From Anaerolinea sp. (GTDB taxonomy: Bacteria > Chloroflexota > Anaerolineae > Anaerolineales > UBA4823): a stretch of DNA of 48,396 nt. Under the pieces are notes generated by a model. It searched no databases. It was not told the DNA's origin and saw only the letters and a list, made by a program, of their open reading frames with translations. Below, one piece after another: positions 46,613-48,396 of this stretch. Both the position numbers and the translations under genes were made by a program. The stretch spans positions 1-48,396 of the forward strand of contig DYKV01000006.1 of NCBI GenBank assembly GCA_020722415.1, given 5' to 3'. Position 1 is the first letter of the stretch; each line of letters opens with the position of its first letter.

Positions 46613-47341
46613 GTGATTGATTTAATTGGCTTGGTTATATTAGTGCCTTCTTTTGTGCTCATTGAACGGCGGGTACATTGGGAGGCACAAACGCTTTTCT
46701 ATAATCTGACTCATCGTCTCGATGTAGCGTTGGTAATATTTTCTTTATTTCTTTTGCCGGGGGTGATTGTGCATGAATTGAGTCATTTCCTCATGGCTAA
46801 ATTACTTGGGGTATCCACTGGACGGTTTTCTCTCATCCCCAAAACATTGCCCAACGGGAAATTAAGACTCGGTTACGTTGAAACCGTAAAAGTAGATTTT
46901 CTCCGCGATAGCCTGATTGGGTTTGCACCTCTGCTGATTGGAAGCATACTAATTGGTGTTATTGGGGTCTCGAAACTCCATCTCCTCGATATCCTTAATT
47001 CATTCATCCAAGACCCGCTTCACCAAATTAAACCCTCCCTGTTATTCCTTGTTCATCAACCAGACATTTGGCTTTGGTTTTATCTGCTCTTTGCGATCAG
47101 CTCCACGATGATCCCCTCTGCATCCGATCGGCGTTCATGGTTTTTGATTCTCGTTTTCATCCTCCTGATCGCGCTGATCGCCTGGCTATTAGGGGGAGCA
47201 GTTTGGCTGGTCAACATCTTCCGAGCTCCCGCAAACAGTCTATTGCGCGCTTTTAATCTGATAATCGGGTTGAGCCTGATCGCGCATATTTTGGTCTGGC
47301 TGCCATTATTCGGTATGCGTTACCTGACAAAGATGAAATAA
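46613..47341 (+). CDS. Polytopic membrane protein with an HExxH motif (putative M50/DUF3267-like metalloprotease)
   Basis: 242-aa ORF with a GTG start, 5-6 hydrophobic helices and VIVHELSHFLMAKLLG inside or next to a helix. Confidence 0.5.
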   Translation: MIDLIGLVILVPSFVLIERRVHWEAQTLFYNLTHRLDVALVIFSLFLLPGVIVHELSHFLMAKLLGVSTGRFSLIPKTLPNGKLRLGYVETVKVDFLRDSLIGFAPLLIGSILIGVIGVSKLHLLDILNSFIQDPLHQIKPSLLFLVHQPDIWLWFYLLFAISSTMIPSASDRRSWFLILVFILLIALIAWLLGGAVWLVNIFRAPANSLLRAFNLIIGLSLIAHILVWLPLFGMRYLTKMK

Positions 47342-47365
47342 TCGGATATTTTTACGCCTATTTTC

Positions 47366-47393
47366 TTGATTATCCTTTAAATCCTTGTATAAT
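47366..47393 (+). promoter_or_regulatory. Sigma70-type promoter for the RfaH-like gene
   Basis: TTGATT (47366-47371), a 16-nt spacer, then TATAAT (47388-47393). It predicts a leader of about 100 nt before the ATG at 47497. Confidence 0.55.
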
Positions 47394-47496
47394 TACCCAC
47401 CAGAGAGATTAAGAGAATTTATTATAGAATAAGTCAATTTTGAAATCATCAGATAAATTTATTGGAGAAAAACATCCCCTAGAGGATGGGCGGTTG

Positions 47497-48006
47497 ATGG
47501 CAGAAAATTGGTACGCTTTACGGTGTAAGCCCCGCAAAGAAGACTTGGTCTACCAACAGGTGGTTAATCAAGAGATCACGGTATATTATCCCCGTTTACG
47601 GGTCAACCCCATCAACCCGAGGTCAAAAAAGATAAAGCCCTACTTCCCGGGTTACATGTTTGTGCGGGTGGATTTAGATCAGTTGGGGTTGTCTTTTTTT
47701 CAATGGATGCCGCATACTCATGGGTTAGTCAGTTTTGGCGATGAACCAGCCATTGTTTCGGAACACTTGATCGCGGCAATCCAAAAAAGAGTCAATGATG
47801 TGGCAATAGCCGGGGGAGAGCTTTTCATTGGTTTAAAACAAGGTGATTCGGTATGGATTCGGGAGGGTCCTTTTGCTGGATACGAGGCGATATTTGATGC
47901 GCAGTTACCAGGCAAAGAGCGGGTGCGGGTTTTATTGAAGTTATTGAACGAGCAACGGCATGTGCCTTTGGAGCTGAATGCCGGCGCGTTAACCCGCAAA
48001 CGCTGA
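47497..48006 (+). CDS. Specialised NusG paralog (RfaH/LoaP-like transcription antiterminator)
   Basis: 169 aa from the ATG at 47497. MAENWYALRCKPRKE parallels RfaH MQSWYLLYCKRGQ, PYFPGYMFVRVD parallels PLFPNYLFVEFD, and the KOW region GDSVWIREGPFAGYEAIF parallels GDKVIITEGAFEGFQAIF. It lacks the secE-nusG-rplK context of housekeeping nusG. Confidence 0.8.
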   Translation: MAENWYALRCKPRKEDLVYQQVVNQEITVYYPRLRVNPINPRSKKIKPYFPGYMFVRVDLDQLGLSFFQWMPHTHGLVSFGDEPAIVSEHLIAAIQKRVNDVAIAGGELFIGLKQGDSVWIREGPFAGYEAIFDAQLPGKERVRVLLKLLNEQRHVPLELNAGALTRKR

Positions 48007-48396
48007 CCGAGCCCATAATTTTATTAAGTTACAGGTAATCTATTCGGGTTGTCAAATAGGCAGGAAGAAGGTAATTAAATTTATTGGTTGAGGTATCTGC
48101 ATGTCAGAAGGGCGGAGCGCGGGAATATGCAGAGCAGAACCATATATAGGCGATGGCAATAAATTGTCCCTTTAAGAGCGCACTGCAATCTCTTTCATTG
48201 GGTTGATCGTTGCCAGCGCAGCGAGGCAATCTCTTCCCCAACCCTATCGGGTGATTTCCACAGTGTCAGCGACTCCCCTTCGGTTGTTTGCTATGGTGAG
48301 TAGGAATACTCGTCATCTCAACTTGACAAGCGATTACCCCGGCCGCTGCTGCTCCTGTTCGATTGTTTGCCCAGCAATTCTCAATTTGTGTTGAAA

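Noticed and set aside
47489-47500. GGCGGTTGATGG overlapping the RfaH-like start codon as a second ops-like element.
   Set aside because: Only the GGCGGT prefix matches. It overlaps the start codon, so it is probably constrained by coding or initiation sequence rather than acting as a pause or recruitment site.
48200-48230. Resemblance of GGGTTGATCGTTGCCAGCGCAGCGAGG to the 3' half of a TPP riboswitch (CCUGAUCUGGAUAAUGCCAGCGUAGGGA).
   Set aside because: The obligatory upstream CUGAGA element and the P1/P2 pairing partners are absent, and only GCCAGCG and a few flanking bases match. An Rfam scan would settle it.
48185-48235. The two copies of GCAATCTCTT as a possible CRISPR or other repeat array.
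   Set aside because: There are only two 10-nt copies, 41 nt apart. There is no further periodicity, and the repeat is far shorter than CRISPR repeats.
48203-48394. The 63-aa TTG-start ORF at the right edge. Also a possible 20-codon 3' end of a convergent minus-strand gene (...FQHKLRIAGQTIEQEQQRPG, stop at 48334-48336).
   Set aside because: The plus-strand ORF has an implausible Cys/Ser/Arg-rich sequence and no RBS. The minus-strand fragment is too short to judge, because the window truncation prevents a call.

Overview
This is a dense chromosomal segment that is almost entirely housekeeping. I count about 46 protein genes and recognise no rRNA, tRNA, CRISPR array, transposase or phage genes.

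- **Left end (minus strand):** the classic origin-neighbourhood cluster rpmH-rnpA-yidD-(PQQ lipoprotein)-yidC-jag, then a PfkB-like kinase-parA-parB-amidohydrolase operon. rpmH is 58 aa and missing from the ORF track.
- **Middle:** mutL, tilS, folC, lon and cobB, plus signalling genes: an orphan GAF-PAS histidine kinase, a REC-CpaE/TadZ-like ATPase, and a Hanks kinase divergent from an FHA-winged-helix regulator. It also holds recJ and a long, tightly coupled minus-strand operon (AAA+ ATPase, GDPD, PLP dehydratase, CoA-transferase beta, GH3).
- **Right end:** yvcK-gap-pgk-tpiA, a membrane HExxH protein and an RfaH-like NusG paralog, followed by a structured non-coding stretch cut by the window edge.

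The gene content (short YidC, yvcK next to gap-pgk-tpi, STK/FHA parts) suggests a Chloroflexota-like or other monoderm-type lineage. That cannot be verified without a database search.

I do not see a self-contained novel system such as a defence island. The observations most worth following are:
- the FHA-wHTH/kinase pair;
- the RfaH-like gene and its downstream leader-like region;
- a 129-nt nested inverted repeat between gap and pgk;
- a terminator/micro-ORF arrangement between pgk and tpiA;
- a recurrent TATAAT-N6-ATG geometry implying leaderless mRNAs;
- a tyrosine-recombinase-fold protein that appears to lack its catalytic residues.

All motif and alignment statements were made by eye from the sequence.
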